A stretch of DNA of 64,000 nt from Longimicrobiales bacterium (GTDB taxonomy: Bacteria; Gemmatimonadota; Gemmatimonadetes; Longimicrobiales; Gaopeijiaceae): assembly GCA_965202985.1 (NCBI GenBank), contig CBDBCF010000001.1, positions 2,336,001-2,400,000 on the forward strand, given 5' to 3'. The notes under the pieces are model-generated. The model had not been told where the DNA came from and ran no database searches. It saw only the letters and a program-made list of their open reading frames with translations. The translations under genes were made by a program, and so were the position numbers. Shown one piece after another: positions 11,001 through 19,774 of this stretch. Numbering within the stretch: the stretch's first letter is position 1; each line of letters begins with the position of its first letter.

Positions 11001-11261
11001 GAACAGCGGACGCTGCGTAACCTCCCCGCCCGAGTCTATTACGGGGTGAATTCCGACGAGGCGATCGCCATGCGCCTCCTCGGCGTGCCGCGAACGGCAG
11101 CCACTCCTATGGCACGCGAACTCAGCGTGCGACCGTCCGATCCGTTACACCTGACACGCGAGAAGCTACGCCAAGCCGATGCTGGCGCGTGGCAATCCGC
11201 CCTGGGGAATCGCGGCCCCAGCTATCGGCACGTGTGGGCCATCATGGAGGGCCTGGAATGA
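8085..11261 (+). CDS. Ski2-like DEAD/DEAH-box helicase, Hachiman HamB-like
   Basis: NLPTSSGKT, YLAPTRAL, STPEKLDL, VVDEAH, GIGVHHSGL, ATTTIAQGVNFP and NICGRAGR motifs. Long helical N-terminal domain. ATG 8085 overlaps the upstream stop. Confidence 0.85.
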   Translation: MSDHSWIVDSLGTDRLQEAATEAARRRLWSALRDSPPEATHADDRLRFAANALELDVLDAIGDDDLPRLRRSAASAFQIARVLGLPDSPTERAEALVRLGCLGILGDRGADMQRILRNEGWVGRCPRAAHWGNHVWATVLHVWLLLFRKHGWDDLNAVQEHVAALRRDQTDLEPRFLKDAAANKDATPAWNLIWCYHVAKAAEIVGMHQTQGSADGHYDVGEQLDAQFDRAVAAASHGGLVRQEALVRLLARTARSLVDSSIWSVARAVNSRVEEFVATMTSRDRPRPIFEVLPPQRRALREAGLLSAGHRAVVVNLPTSSGKTLLAQFRMLQALNQFDRERGWVAYLAPTRALVGQLARRLRRDFADLGIVVEKVSPALEVDGVESDMLSEADAARQFRVLVSTPEKLDLMLRGGWEEKTGRPLTLVVVDEAHGIGASERGFRLELLLATINRECRYAQFLLLTPFVPNAEKIAQWLAPGSATSIDFGVDWVPNDRVVAIAQPRRGEARGDFTIDFTTLHTTAKTIEIPDTLNVGKRRPLGLPWSAVSRSPGKLAAAAAHLLERRGTVIVLASRPAHCWGIAETLKRAENVPAATSNRIRQLCGFLEDEMGADFPLVSLLERGIGVHHSGLSEDARAIVEWLAEQGDLRAMVATTTIAQGVNFPVSGVVFQNHQYPYGREMPPEDFWNICGRAGRVDQDDLGIIALAGCDDAKVAQLREYVGRSVGELNSTLIDMIQDIDDETDLLHLERLAWRPEWSAFLQYLAHTYRQVDDHDRFAMQIEQVLRGTLGFRALRASHEGWASKLVSGVQQYSERIKGKPLRLVDATGFSWESVAHTLAGLNRAEVHDAVWTPDLFGTRRNDLERMVGLLLDVPELKGSLGRIATEAALRRDAVARVICDWVHERPLAEMAHEHFAVRSGSVSRDGTYADATKAMTRCCQTVFGKLAQSASWGLAALQSLTMPDLDDLSPDEQRTLRNLPARVYYGVNSDEAIAMRLLGVPRTAATPMARELSVRPSDPLHLTREKLRQADAGAWQSALGNRGPSYRHVWAIMEGLE

Positions 11262-11363
11262 GCTGTTCCCTCGTTCCCCCGGCTGGCTCACCGGAGGCGT
11301 CGGAAGTGAGGTCGCTCGCGTGCGTGGATATGCTCCTGGGCCAGATCACGGCCGCCTCCGACA

Positions 11364-11411
11364 GTCTCATCTTGGTTGTCGCTACCGTCTCATCTTGGTT
11401 GTCGCTCGACA
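11364..11411 (-). mobile_element. IS21-family-like transposon end
   Basis: Minus strand reads TGTCG-AGCGACAACCAAGATGAGAC-GGT-AGCGACAACCAAGATGAGAC: a TGT terminus followed by two perfect 20-bp repeats with 23-bp period. Confidence 0.7.
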
Positions 11412-11536
11412 GGGTAGCCGACGTACAGCTTGCCGGACACGGCGGGGCGGTCTCGCGCCCACTTCTCCACCGCCGTGCACAGCATGTCGCTGGCGGCCGG
11501 CTTGCCGGTGGCGCCTCGGATGATGGCGATGCCCAC
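11412..11536 (-). pseudogene. 5' stub of a gene (resembles the N-terminus of defence-island SF1 helicases) truncated by the IS end
   Basis: AAGGAAG RBS plus GTG start, then GIAIIRGATGKPAASDML...GKLYVGYP, ending exactly at the TGT terminus at 11411. The family resemblance is from memory. Confidence 0.4.
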
Positions 11537-11726
11537 AGGTTCCGCTTCCTTGCGTGGTTGGGCTGCGTGTTCCGGCTGGCCGAGCATGGCCCGACGCCGG
11601 GGAGTTCAGGCGTGTGACGCGCCGATTCGGAAGGTCGTTTGGGAACGTAACGCGACGGTCAAATGGAGTGACCCGGTCGATTTCGCACGGAGCCGGGCGT
11701 GGGGCGCTCCAGGTCCAAGTCCCACC

Positions 11727-11783
11727 GGACATTCAGGGCGCGGAAACGGGACATCGGAGCGGACATTCTAGGGCCTCGAAATC
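11727..11783 (+). repeat. 57-bp GGACAT motif, copy 2
   Basis: GGACAT-TCAGGGCGCG-GAAACG-GGACAT-CGGAGC-GGACAT-TCTAGGGCCTC-GAAATC. Confidence 0.75.
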
Positions 11784-11987
11784 GCACGGAGACGACGACG
11801 CGCCGAATGGGGAAGGCTGGCCGATGAGACTCAAGGGGGTTCGAGGTTGCGCTGCACGCGGGACCGTACCGAATTTCGAGAAGGACTCGCGAAGCCTCGG
11901 GAGTTGTGGTCGCGGGGCAGTCCTACGAGGCGGGCGCTGGGCTCCGTGGCTACGGAGCTCGCCGACCAAACGGAGCAAGGAGGAGAG

Positions 11988-13082
11988 ATGACGGAGCTAC
12001 GGACGCTGGACGACCTGGAGCGCCCGGTCGCGAAGCCGCCCGGGGCCATGGAATCCCCGGTCGAATGGATCAGCGTCGCGGGCTTCAAGAGCATTCGATC
12101 CGTGCAGAAACTGCAGATCCGGAAGATCAACGTGGTCATTGGAGCCAACGGTTCCGGAAAGTCCAACCTGCTCGATGTGTTTTCTTTTCTCGGAGCCATG
12201 CGAGCGGGCAGACTAGGCAAGCACGTAGCCAGGGCCGGCGGTGCCGATCGCGTGCTCCACTTTGGTGCCGGGACAACCGACGAAGTGGTCATCGACGTGT
12301 CGTTTGCGAACGACTCCACCCGATACCGAACTGCACTGACGTCCAACGACTCCGGTCAACTCGTTCCGCGTCACGAGATTGACAATGTTGCCGTCAGGGC
12401 CGTCGCCAGCCGGATACAGAGCCGTCTTGATCGCTGGCGTCTGTATCACTTTCAAGATACGGGGTCCCGTTCGCCCTTCAAGAGAACGTGCGCGCTTCAC
12501 GACAACAGATTCCTGCGGGCCGACGGTTCGAATTTGGCCGCATTGCTGTACTTGTTGCGCGAGCGGCATGAGGAATCCTACGACCTCATCCGTCGAACAG
12601 TTCGTCTCGCGGCACCGTTCTTCGATGATTTTATACTCCGGCCCATAGCTGTTGCCGAGGACATGATCCGATTGGAATGGAGGCACTTAGGTACCGATTC
12701 GTACTATGACGCATCGTCTCTGTCCGATGGGACCTTGCGTTTTGTGGCAATTGCGACGCTCTTGCTTCAGCCCGCACAATTGTTGCCGTCGGTGATTCTG
12801 GTGGACGAACCGGAGCTGGGATTGCACCCTTATGCGGTCACGCTGTTTTGTTCTCTGGTAAAGGCGGTATCCGTCAAGGCTCAAGTGATCATCGCAACCC
12901 AGTCTCCCTTGATGCTGGATCACTTCGAACCCAGAGACGTGCTCGTGGCGGAACGACGCGACGGCGCGACGACGTTCACCAGACTGAACCCGACGAGCCT
13001 TGAAGCGTGGCTCCACGACTACAGTCTTGGTCAGCTGTGGGAGAAGAACGAGCTTGGCGGAAGGCCGAGCGCCGAGACATGA
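11988..13082 (+). CDS. ABC-type AAA_21 family ATPase
   Basis: AGGAGGAG RBS. GFKSIR, Walker A GANGSGKSN, YHF, signature LSDGTLRF, Walker B LVDEPELGLHP, ATQS and YSLGQLWEKN. Confidence 0.88.
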   Translation: MTELRTLDDLERPVAKPPGAMESPVEWISVAGFKSIRSVQKLQIRKINVVIGANGSGKSNLLDVFSFLGAMRAGRLGKHVARAGGADRVLHFGAGTTDEVVIDVSFANDSTRYRTALTSNDSGQLVPRHEIDNVAVRAVASRIQSRLDRWRLYHFQDTGSRSPFKRTCALHDNRFLRADGSNLAALLYLLRERHEESYDLIRRTVRLAAPFFDDFILRPIAVAEDMIRLEWRHLGTDSYYDASSLSDGTLRFVAIATLLLQPAQLLPSVILVDEPELGLHPYAVTLFCSLVKAVSVKAQVIIATQSPLMLDHFEPRDVLVAERRDGATTFTRLNPTSLEAWLHDYSLGQLWEKNELGGRPSAET

Positions 13083-16000
13083 TCCCCTCCGTCGTCGCGT
13101 CCGAAGCCCTCGACGCCCTGCACGACTTCCTCAAGACCGGCTTCGGCCCCTCGAGCCCCGAGCTCTCCGGGGTCGTGGACGACTTTCTGGCGGACCCGGA
13201 CAACCTGGCCAAGGGGCCGTACCTGTCGATCTCGCTTCCCTTCGAGCACGCGGCAGGGGGCGGCGAGCCGTTCCCGCACATCCCGCTGGGATTCACGCCC
13301 TACAATCACCAGCGCACGGCGATGGAGCGGCTGTCGCCGGACGCTGGGCGCTCCACGGTGATCGCCACGGGCACCGGCTCCGGCAAGACCGAGTGCTTTC
13401 TGTATCCGGTGCTGGAACACTGTCGTCGGCAGGCGGGAAAGCCGGGCGTCAAGGCGGTCGTCGTCTACCCCATGAACGCCTTGGCGTCGGACCAGGCGCG
13501 GCGCATTGCGCGGATCGTTCACGACACGCCGTCGGTGCGGGGTCGGGTGACGGCGGGGCTGTTCATCGGGCAAGCCGCGGGGTCGCCCCGCGACCGGATG
13601 GGGCCGGACGCCGTGATCACGGATCGCTCGGCCATGCGCGAGCGCCCCCCGGACATCCTGCTCACCAACTACAAGATGCTGGACTACCTGATGATCCGGC
13701 CTCGGGACCGGCGGCTTTGGCGCCACAACCAGCCCGACACGTTGCGGTACCTGGTCGTGGACGAGCTCCACACCTTCGACGGCGCCCAGGGCACGGACTT
13801 GGCGTGCCTGATCCGTCGCCTGCGGATGCGGCTGGGCACGCCGGCGGAGAAGCTGGTGTGCGCCGGCACGTCGGCAACGCTGGGTGGCGACCCTCGCGAA
13901 TACGTGTCGCGCATCTTCGACCAGGAGTTCGACGCGGACTCGATCGTCGGCGAGTCGCGCCAAACGATCGACGCCTTCCTGGGCGACGCGCTGATCCGCC
14001 GGCACCTGTTGCCCACCCAGGACTTGGCCAAGGTCGTGGACCCCCGGCGGTACGACACGGCGGAGGCGTACCTTCGCGCCCAGCACGAGCTCTTTCTGGG
14101 GACGCCGATCGAGGGAGACTTCGAGGCCGCGGAGTGGCGCGTGGCGCTGGGCGAAGGGCTTCGGCAGCACGTCGTTTTCGTGAACTTGCTGCGGGCGCTG
14201 GACGGACGATCCCAGCCGTTGCCCAAGCTGGCGAAGCGGTTGCAGGGCAGCTTGCCCGTGTCCAACGACAAGGAAGCGCTCGGCGTGCTGAACGGGTTGT
14301 GCGCATTGATCTCGGCGTCTCGCCGGCGACCGGCCCCGAGCGACGACAACGGCGGTGACGCGCTGCTGCCCTTCCTGCACGTCGGCGTGCATCTGTGGGT
14401 GCGCGAGCTGCGGCGCATGGTGTGCAGCGTGGGCAGCGCAAGCGACATCGGTGGCAAGAACGAATCGCGATTCCGCCTGCGCCACTTCGCCGACCTGAAA
14501 GCCGACGAGCCGTTCGTGCACCTGCCGCTGGTCCAGTGCAGGGAGTGCCACGTCACCGGTTGGGTCACCAAGCTGTCCGGGGCGGGTAGCGCCAGGCCCA
14601 AGGTCTTGTCGCATCGAGCAAGGGACGGAACGCAGGACGGCCTGCAGGACATCTACGGCGCGTTCTTCGGCGGCGACGTCGATGCCGTCTTCCTGTTCCC
14701 AAGGGACGGCGGCGCGGACCTCGGCAAGGGCGTGCCCTCGCTTCTGTGCGGGAAGTGCGGCGTCTTGGCGAACGATGACGGCGACCGCAGCGATGACCAC
14801 GCCGATTCCGACAAGCCGAACGATATCTGCGCCTGCCCCGACAACGCCCTGGTCAAGGTTTACAGGCCGGTCGTGGTGACGCACAGAGGCGGTTCGTCGG
14901 GAGGCGCCAAGTCACGGCTCTCCAAGAACTGCCCGTACTGCAACGCTCGGGAAGCCATGGTGGTCTTGGGCGCCCGCGCCGCCAGCCTTCTCGCCGTCGC
15001 GCTCAACCAGACGGTCTCGTCGCGCCACAACGACGACCCCAAGGTGATCGCCTTCTCCGACAGCGTGCAGGACGCCGCCCACCGCGCCGGCTTCGTGTCG
15101 GCCCGAACGTGGAGCACCAACATGCGGGCGGCGATCGCGCAGACCGTCGCGGCGAACGACCGCTCGTCGCTGGAGGAACTGTCCGGACAGGTCGCCGCCG
15201 GCTGGCGAGCCCACTGGCGGAATGCGAGCGGCAACGCACAAGACACGCTGGACCTGCCAAGCGACGCCCCGGACTTGGCCCGCTTCGTGGGCGAGTTCAT
15301 CGCTCCTGACCGCCGATGGCTGAACGACTTCCGCGAGCTGGAAGAGACCGGCCGCTTGCCCCGGGGTTCGGACTTGCCGGAGCTGGTCGAGCGGCGGATG
15401 CGCTGGAACACGTTCGCCGAGTTCGGCCAGCGGTCGGCTATCGGGCGCACGCTGGAGAATACGCGGACGGCGGCGGTGGGCGTGGACCGCGCCACGCTGG
15501 ACGAAGCGTGCGATACCGCGACGGCTCGGCTCGGCGAAGAGCTCCAGGGCCTGCGCGGCGCTCCCGCTGAGGTGGCCCGGGCACTGGTGCTGGGCATCGT
15601 CCGGCGCATGAAGGACCGAGGCGCGATCCTGACCGATATGGTGAAGGGCTACTTGGCCGACGGCGGCAACCCCTTCGTGCTGCGAAACGACCGCGGCTTG
15701 CCCGACTTCGGAACGGACCGCTCCACGGTGCCCGTCTTCCCTGGCACAAAGGCCACCCGAAAGTTGGGCGTGGAACCGCTCTTCGGGTCCGCTCGCAAGG
15801 GCAAATCCTGGTATCAGAAGTGGACCCGCAGAGTTCTGGATCACCACGGCCTGGCCCTTGCTGTCCACGATTCCGATGTTGTGCTCGGCATCGTCTTCCA
15901 GGCGCTGGACGCCGCGGGGCTTGTGCGAAAGGCGGACGTTGGAAAAGGACAACATGCATGGGGCTTGGTGCCCGACCGCCTCTACGTCACCACCGAAGTC

Positions 16001-19000
16001 GCCGAGGTGCGGAGCGGCAAGGGTCGGCCCCTGGTCGTCCCCCGTCAGGAGGCGAAGCTGTGGGAGAGCCTGCCAAGCCTGGACTTGCTGGCCTCGGGCC
16101 GGTACGAACGCCACAGAGTCGCTCGCCCGACTTGGTTCGGACGCCTCTACCGCGACATGAAGGTCCGTCGCATCGTCGCCGCCGAGCACACGGCCCTGTT
16201 GCCGCGCAAAGAACGCGAACACCTTGAGAAGCGGTTCGCAACGGAGGGCTACCGGCCTTGGGACCCCAACGTCTTGTCGGCAACGCCCACGCTGGAACTG
16301 GGAATCGACATCGGCGACCTGTCCACGGTCATGCTCTGCTCGGTCCCCCCGGAACCCGCCAACTACTTGCAGCGAGCGGGCCGAGCGGGCCGACGCGACG
16401 GCAACGCCTTCAACTTGGCCGTGGCCGCCGCACAGCCGCACGACCTCTACTTCTATGCACAGCCGCTGGACATGCTGGCCGGCAAGGTCGAGCCGCCCGG
16501 CGTCTTCCTGAACGCCACCGCCGTGCTGGAACGGCAGATGATCGCGTACTGCCTCGACAGCTGGGTAGCCTCGGGCGTGGACGAGCGCGCCGTGCCCAGG
16601 ACGATGCGCGCCGTGCTCGCCAACGTCGAGCGTAGGCGGTTGTCTCGGTTCCCGTATCCGTTCTTCGACTTCGTGGGCGAAAACGCTGGCGAGCTTGTGG
16701 CGTCCTTCTTGAAGGCGTTCGACAAGGACTTGAGCGAGACTAGCAAGCGGGCGCTTTCGAGGTTTGTGATCGGCGATGCCGAATCCTCCGTTCACGGCCG
16801 GCCGCTGGTTCACCGCCTCCTCGACCGCTTCGCCGAGGTGGCCAGGGAGCGCAAGTCGATTCGTCGCGAGGTGCAGACGTTGCAGAGACGCGCCGAATCG
16901 TTGAAGCGGGAACCGCAGGATGAAAGCACCCAGGCCGAGATCGACGAGGTGGACGCCGAACGGCGCGGGCTTCAAGGCGTGCTGCGCAAGATTGACAGCC
17001 GCGAGACGTACAACTTCCTCACGGACGAGGGGCTGGTCCCCAACTACGCCTTCCCGGAGAAGGGCGTCATGCTCCGTTCGGTAATCTTGCGAAGGGGCGA
17101 CAAGGCCGCTGGGAGCGACGGCAAGGCGGACCCGCGGCTCGACCACGAGGTGTTCGAGTACGAGCGACCGGCGGCGGCCGCGTTGAGCGAGCTTGCCCCG
17201 GACAACAGCTTCTACGCCGGTGCGCGCAGAGTGCAGATAGACCGCGTGGACTTGGAGACGTCGAAGTTGGAGCAGTGGAGGCTTTGCCCGGCTTGCGTCT
17301 ACTGCGAGCGCGTGGACTCGGTGGACGGCCACGCGACGTGTCCTGGCTGCGGCGACCCCCGGTGGGGCGATGTCGGGCAACGCAGGGAGATGCTTCCGCT
17401 GCGCATGGTGCACGCCACGACGTCGGACAGGGAAAGCCGCATCGGCGACGAAAGCGATCAGCGGCAGCCGAAGTTCTACACCCGTCACTTGGTGGCCGAC
17501 TTCGATCCCAATGAGGACCGGACCGCCTTCGTCGCCACGGGGACCCCCTTCGGCTTCGAGTACATCCCGTCGGCGACCTTCCGGGAGATGAACTTCGGCC
17601 ACCGCTCGGACCAGACCGAGCCGACGCTGGTGGCGGGCCTGCAACTTCCACGAGGCGGGTTCCGCATTTGCAGAGAATGCGGCACGGTACAGCCGTCCGC
17701 TGACAACGACAAGCCGAAGCACACCCGAACGTGTCCAGCGCGACGGCGAGGCGATGGTTCCGGCGCCGACACGATCGCCGAGTGCATCTACCTGTACCGT
17801 AAGTTCGAGTCGGAGGCGATTCGGATGCTTGTACCCGGGGTCGGCGGGGCCAGCGCGGACCTGAACATGCACTCGTTCGTGGCCGCGCTGGAACTCGGCC
17901 TGCGGCGCAAGTTCGGCGGCGAGATCGGACACCTCCGCACCATGGAGTGCGAGTATCCGATTCCGGAAACGAGTCGAAGTCGAAAGTACTTGCTGTTGTA
18001 CGACACCGTGCCCGGCGGCACCGGCTACTTGAAGGACCGCATGACCGACCCCGGCAAGCTGCGCTCGATCTTCGAGGCGGGACATGCCGCTTTGTGCGAG
18101 TGCGCCTGCATCGAGGACCCCGAGAAGGACGGCTGCTACCGTTGCGTCTTCGCCTACCGCCGGAGCCGCGACATGCCCACCACCTCGCGCAAGGTGGCCG
18201 AACGGCTGGTGGCGGCAACCCTGAAGCGGTGGTCGGAGCTGGAGGTCGTGGAGGGGTTGACCGGCGTCGCCGCCAACGTCCTGACCGAGAGCGAACTGGA
18301 GGAGAGGTTCATCGAGGCGTTGCGGCAGAGGGCCGCGAACCCGTTGGCGGACGGCTCTGGATCGCCCGTCGGCTCTGAGTCGGCGAGCGGTTCTGGATTG
18401 GCCGAAGCACCCGCGGTCGAGATTCGCAGCGCGCCGGTGAAGGGCAAGCCCGGCTACATCCTGTCGGTCGGCGGCAACAAATATCGTGTGGAGCCGCAGG
18501 CCGACTTCGACTTGGGCGACGGCGTGGCCATTCCCAGCCGGCCCGACTTCGCGATCTGGCCGGATTCGACGCAGGGCACAGGGCCGCCACCTGACGCCCC
18601 CGCCGTCGCCGTCTTCCTCGACGGCTTCGAGTACCATCGGGACCAGACCGGCGACGATTCGGCGAAGCGCATGAGCTTGGCCCGGGCCGGGGTCCTGGCG
18701 TGGTCGCTCACGTGGGACGACTTGGAAGGCGCCTTCGGTGGCGTTCCCAGCGCGCCGAACTTCATGGGGACCATGGCACCGACCCAGACCGCCGTCCAAG
18801 ACGCCCTGGACGACAGGTGGGACGCGCAGTGGGACACGCGGAAGTTGCGGTCGCGGCTGACCGCGCCCTCGTTCGACCTGCTCCTGCACTACCTGGCCAA
18901 CCCGGTTCCCGCGAAGTGGCGGCGGGCCGTATTCGTCGAGATGCTCGGAGTCTTCGATCAGGAGCAGATGACCAGTCCCGCCTTGCGCGCTCGCTTCGAC

Positions 19001-19774
19001 GACGCGGCAAGCGACGCCTTGCCCGGCCAAGTGCTGGAAGCCGTGGCCGATCTTGCGCAGCCCGTCGTGGTCGGCGGCTTCGGACCGTGGGTCTCGGGGG
19101 CGACCGACGACGCGCGCGCGGCGGCCCGTAAGGCCACGACGCCCGTCCCGCATCGATCAGCCGCATCCCTTTTCGCCGCCCTGCCCCTTGCTGCCATCCC
19201 AGCCACGGACCCGGCCAGCGTTATCGCGGTCGCGCACTTCGACGACGCGAGGGCAGATGCCACCGCCGGGAGCAACGCCCAGAACGCGATGACCAAGCAG
19301 TACCGCATCGACTGGAACGGCGTGCTGCGCCTTTTCAACGTCCTCCAGTTCCTGCCTCAGGCCTGGTGGACCACTCGGACAGGCGTTTCCGGCGGCCTCT
19401 ACCCCGAGTTCGCGCCGCCGGACACCCTCCGTGGCCGGGACGGTGAGCCCTCGGAGGACGACGCCCACCGCCTCGTCGCGCCGCAGCTCCGGCCCCTATT
19501 GCGCCAGCTTGCCCAACGCGACCTCCCCGCCCCCGAACCCGGCCACGAGCTGGCCGACGACGCCGGCAAGGTCGTGGCCCACGCGGAACTGGCTTGGCCC
19601 AGTCGGCGCATCGCGGTGTTGCTCCCGGACCAAGAACACCACAGGATGCATTACGAGAGATTGAGCTGGCAGACTTTGACGGCGGACCGGGAGGCACTGG
19701 CCGGCACCCTCGTCGACACGCTTGCGCAAGCTCTCGCCGTCTCCCCACCGTCCACGAAAGGCGCGCCACGATGA
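13079..19774 (+). CDS. Very large YprA-family DEAD/DEAH helicase with DUF1998 and a C-terminal Vsr-like nuclease domain (ARMADA/DruE-like)
   Basis: TGTGSGKTECF, YPMNALASDQ, LLTNYKMLD, VDELHTFDG, SATPTLELGIDIG, QRAGRAGR. Several CxxC zinc knuckles, DUF1998 LYDTVPGGTG...CAC...DGCYRC, then SELEERF...RPDF...FLDGFEYH. 2231 aa from ATG 13079. Confidence 0.9.
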   Translation: MIPSVVASEALDALHDFLKTGFGPSSPELSGVVDDFLADPDNLAKGPYLSISLPFEHAAGGGEPFPHIPLGFTPYNHQRTAMERLSPDAGRSTVIATGTGSGKTECFLYPVLEHCRRQAGKPGVKAVVVYPMNALASDQARRIARIVHDTPSVRGRVTAGLFIGQAAGSPRDRMGPDAVITDRSAMRERPPDILLTNYKMLDYLMIRPRDRRLWRHNQPDTLRYLVVDELHTFDGAQGTDLACLIRRLRMRLGTPAEKLVCAGTSATLGGDPREYVSRIFDQEFDADSIVGESRQTIDAFLGDALIRRHLLPTQDLAKVVDPRRYDTAEAYLRAQHELFLGTPIEGDFEAAEWRVALGEGLRQHVVFVNLLRALDGRSQPLPKLAKRLQGSLPVSNDKEALGVLNGLCALISASRRRPAPSDDNGGDALLPFLHVGVHLWVRELRRMVCSVGSASDIGGKNESRFRLRHFADLKADEPFVHLPLVQCRECHVTGWVTKLSGAGSARPKVLSHRARDGTQDGLQDIYGAFFGGDVDAVFLFPRDGGADLGKGVPSLLCGKCGVLANDDGDRSDDHADSDKPNDICACPDNALVKVYRPVVVTHRGGSSGGAKSRLSKNCPYCNAREAMVVLGARAASLLAVALNQTVSSRHNDDPKVIAFSDSVQDAAHRAGFVSARTWSTNMRAAIAQTVAANDRSSLEELSGQVAAGWRAHWRNASGNAQDTLDLPSDAPDLARFVGEFIAPDRRWLNDFRELEETGRLPRGSDLPELVERRMRWNTFAEFGQRSAIGRTLENTRTAAVGVDRATLDEACDTATARLGEELQGLRGAPAEVARALVLGIVRRMKDRGAILTDMVKGYLADGGNPFVLRNDRGLPDFGTDRSTVPVFPGTKATRKLGVEPLFGSARKGKSWYQKWTRRVLDHHGLALAVHDSDVVLGIVFQALDAAGLVRKADVGKGQHAWGLVPDRLYVTTEVAEVRSGKGRPLVVPRQEAKLWESLPSLDLLASGRYERHRVARPTWFGRLYRDMKVRRIVAAEHTALLPRKEREHLEKRFATEGYRPWDPNVLSATPTLELGIDIGDLSTVMLCSVPPEPANYLQRAGRAGRRDGNAFNLAVAAAQPHDLYFYAQPLDMLAGKVEPPGVFLNATAVLERQMIAYCLDSWVASGVDERAVPRTMRAVLANVERRRLSRFPYPFFDFVGENAGELVASFLKAFDKDLSETSKRALSRFVIGDAESSVHGRPLVHRLLDRFAEVARERKSIRREVQTLQRRAESLKREPQDESTQAEIDEVDAERRGLQGVLRKIDSRETYNFLTDEGLVPNYAFPEKGVMLRSVILRRGDKAAGSDGKADPRLDHEVFEYERPAAAALSELAPDNSFYAGARRVQIDRVDLETSKLEQWRLCPACVYCERVDSVDGHATCPGCGDPRWGDVGQRREMLPLRMVHATTSDRESRIGDESDQRQPKFYTRHLVADFDPNEDRTAFVATGTPFGFEYIPSATFREMNFGHRSDQTEPTLVAGLQLPRGGFRICRECGTVQPSADNDKPKHTRTCPARRRGDGSGADTIAECIYLYRKFESEAIRMLVPGVGGASADLNMHSFVAALELGLRRKFGGEIGHLRTMECEYPIPETSRSRKYLLLYDTVPGGTGYLKDRMTDPGKLRSIFEAGHAALCECACIEDPEKDGCYRCVFAYRRSRDMPTTSRKVAERLVAATLKRWSELEVVEGLTGVAANVLTESELEERFIEALRQRAANPLADGSGSPVGSESASGSGLAEAPAVEIRSAPVKGKPGYILSVGGNKYRVEPQADFDLGDGVAIPSRPDFAIWPDSTQGTGPPPDAPAVAVFLDGFEYHRDQTGDDSAKRMSLARAGVLAWSLTWDDLEGAFGGVPSAPNFMGTMAPTQTAVQDALDDRWDAQWDTRKLRSRLTAPSFDLLLHYLANPVPAKWRRAVFVEMLGVFDQEQMTSPALRARFDDAASDALPGQVLEAVADLAQPVVVGGFGPWVSGATDDARAAARKATTPVPHRSAASLFAALPLAAIPATDPASVIAVAHFDDARADATAGSNAQNAMTKQYRIDWNGVLRLFNVLQFLPQAWWTTRTGVSGGLYPEFAPPDTLRGRDGEPSEDDAHRLVAPQLRPLLRQLAQRDLPAPEPGHELADDAGKVVAHAELAWPSRRIAVLLPDQEHHRMHYERLSWQTLTADREALAGTLVDTLAQALAVSPPSTKGAPR

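Noticed and set aside
11364..11406. Perfect 20-bp direct repeat as a possible mini-CRISPR
   Set aside because: Only two copies, 3 bp apart, and no cas genes. The adjacent TGT terminus fits an IS21-type end better.
14912..19153. 1413-aa antisense ORF and other long shadow ORFs (e.g. 23213-25618, 49014-52232, 38904-42368, 29928-32933)
   Set aside because: They overlap well-supported genes and have the Arg/Pro/Gly-rich or antisense composition expected in high-GC DNA.
13079..19774. Calling the large helicase a Druantia or canonical DISARM system
   Set aside because: No DruA-D/H-like or separate DrmB/DrmC genes were recognised. The MTase and UvrD context fits an ARMADA-like arrangement better.
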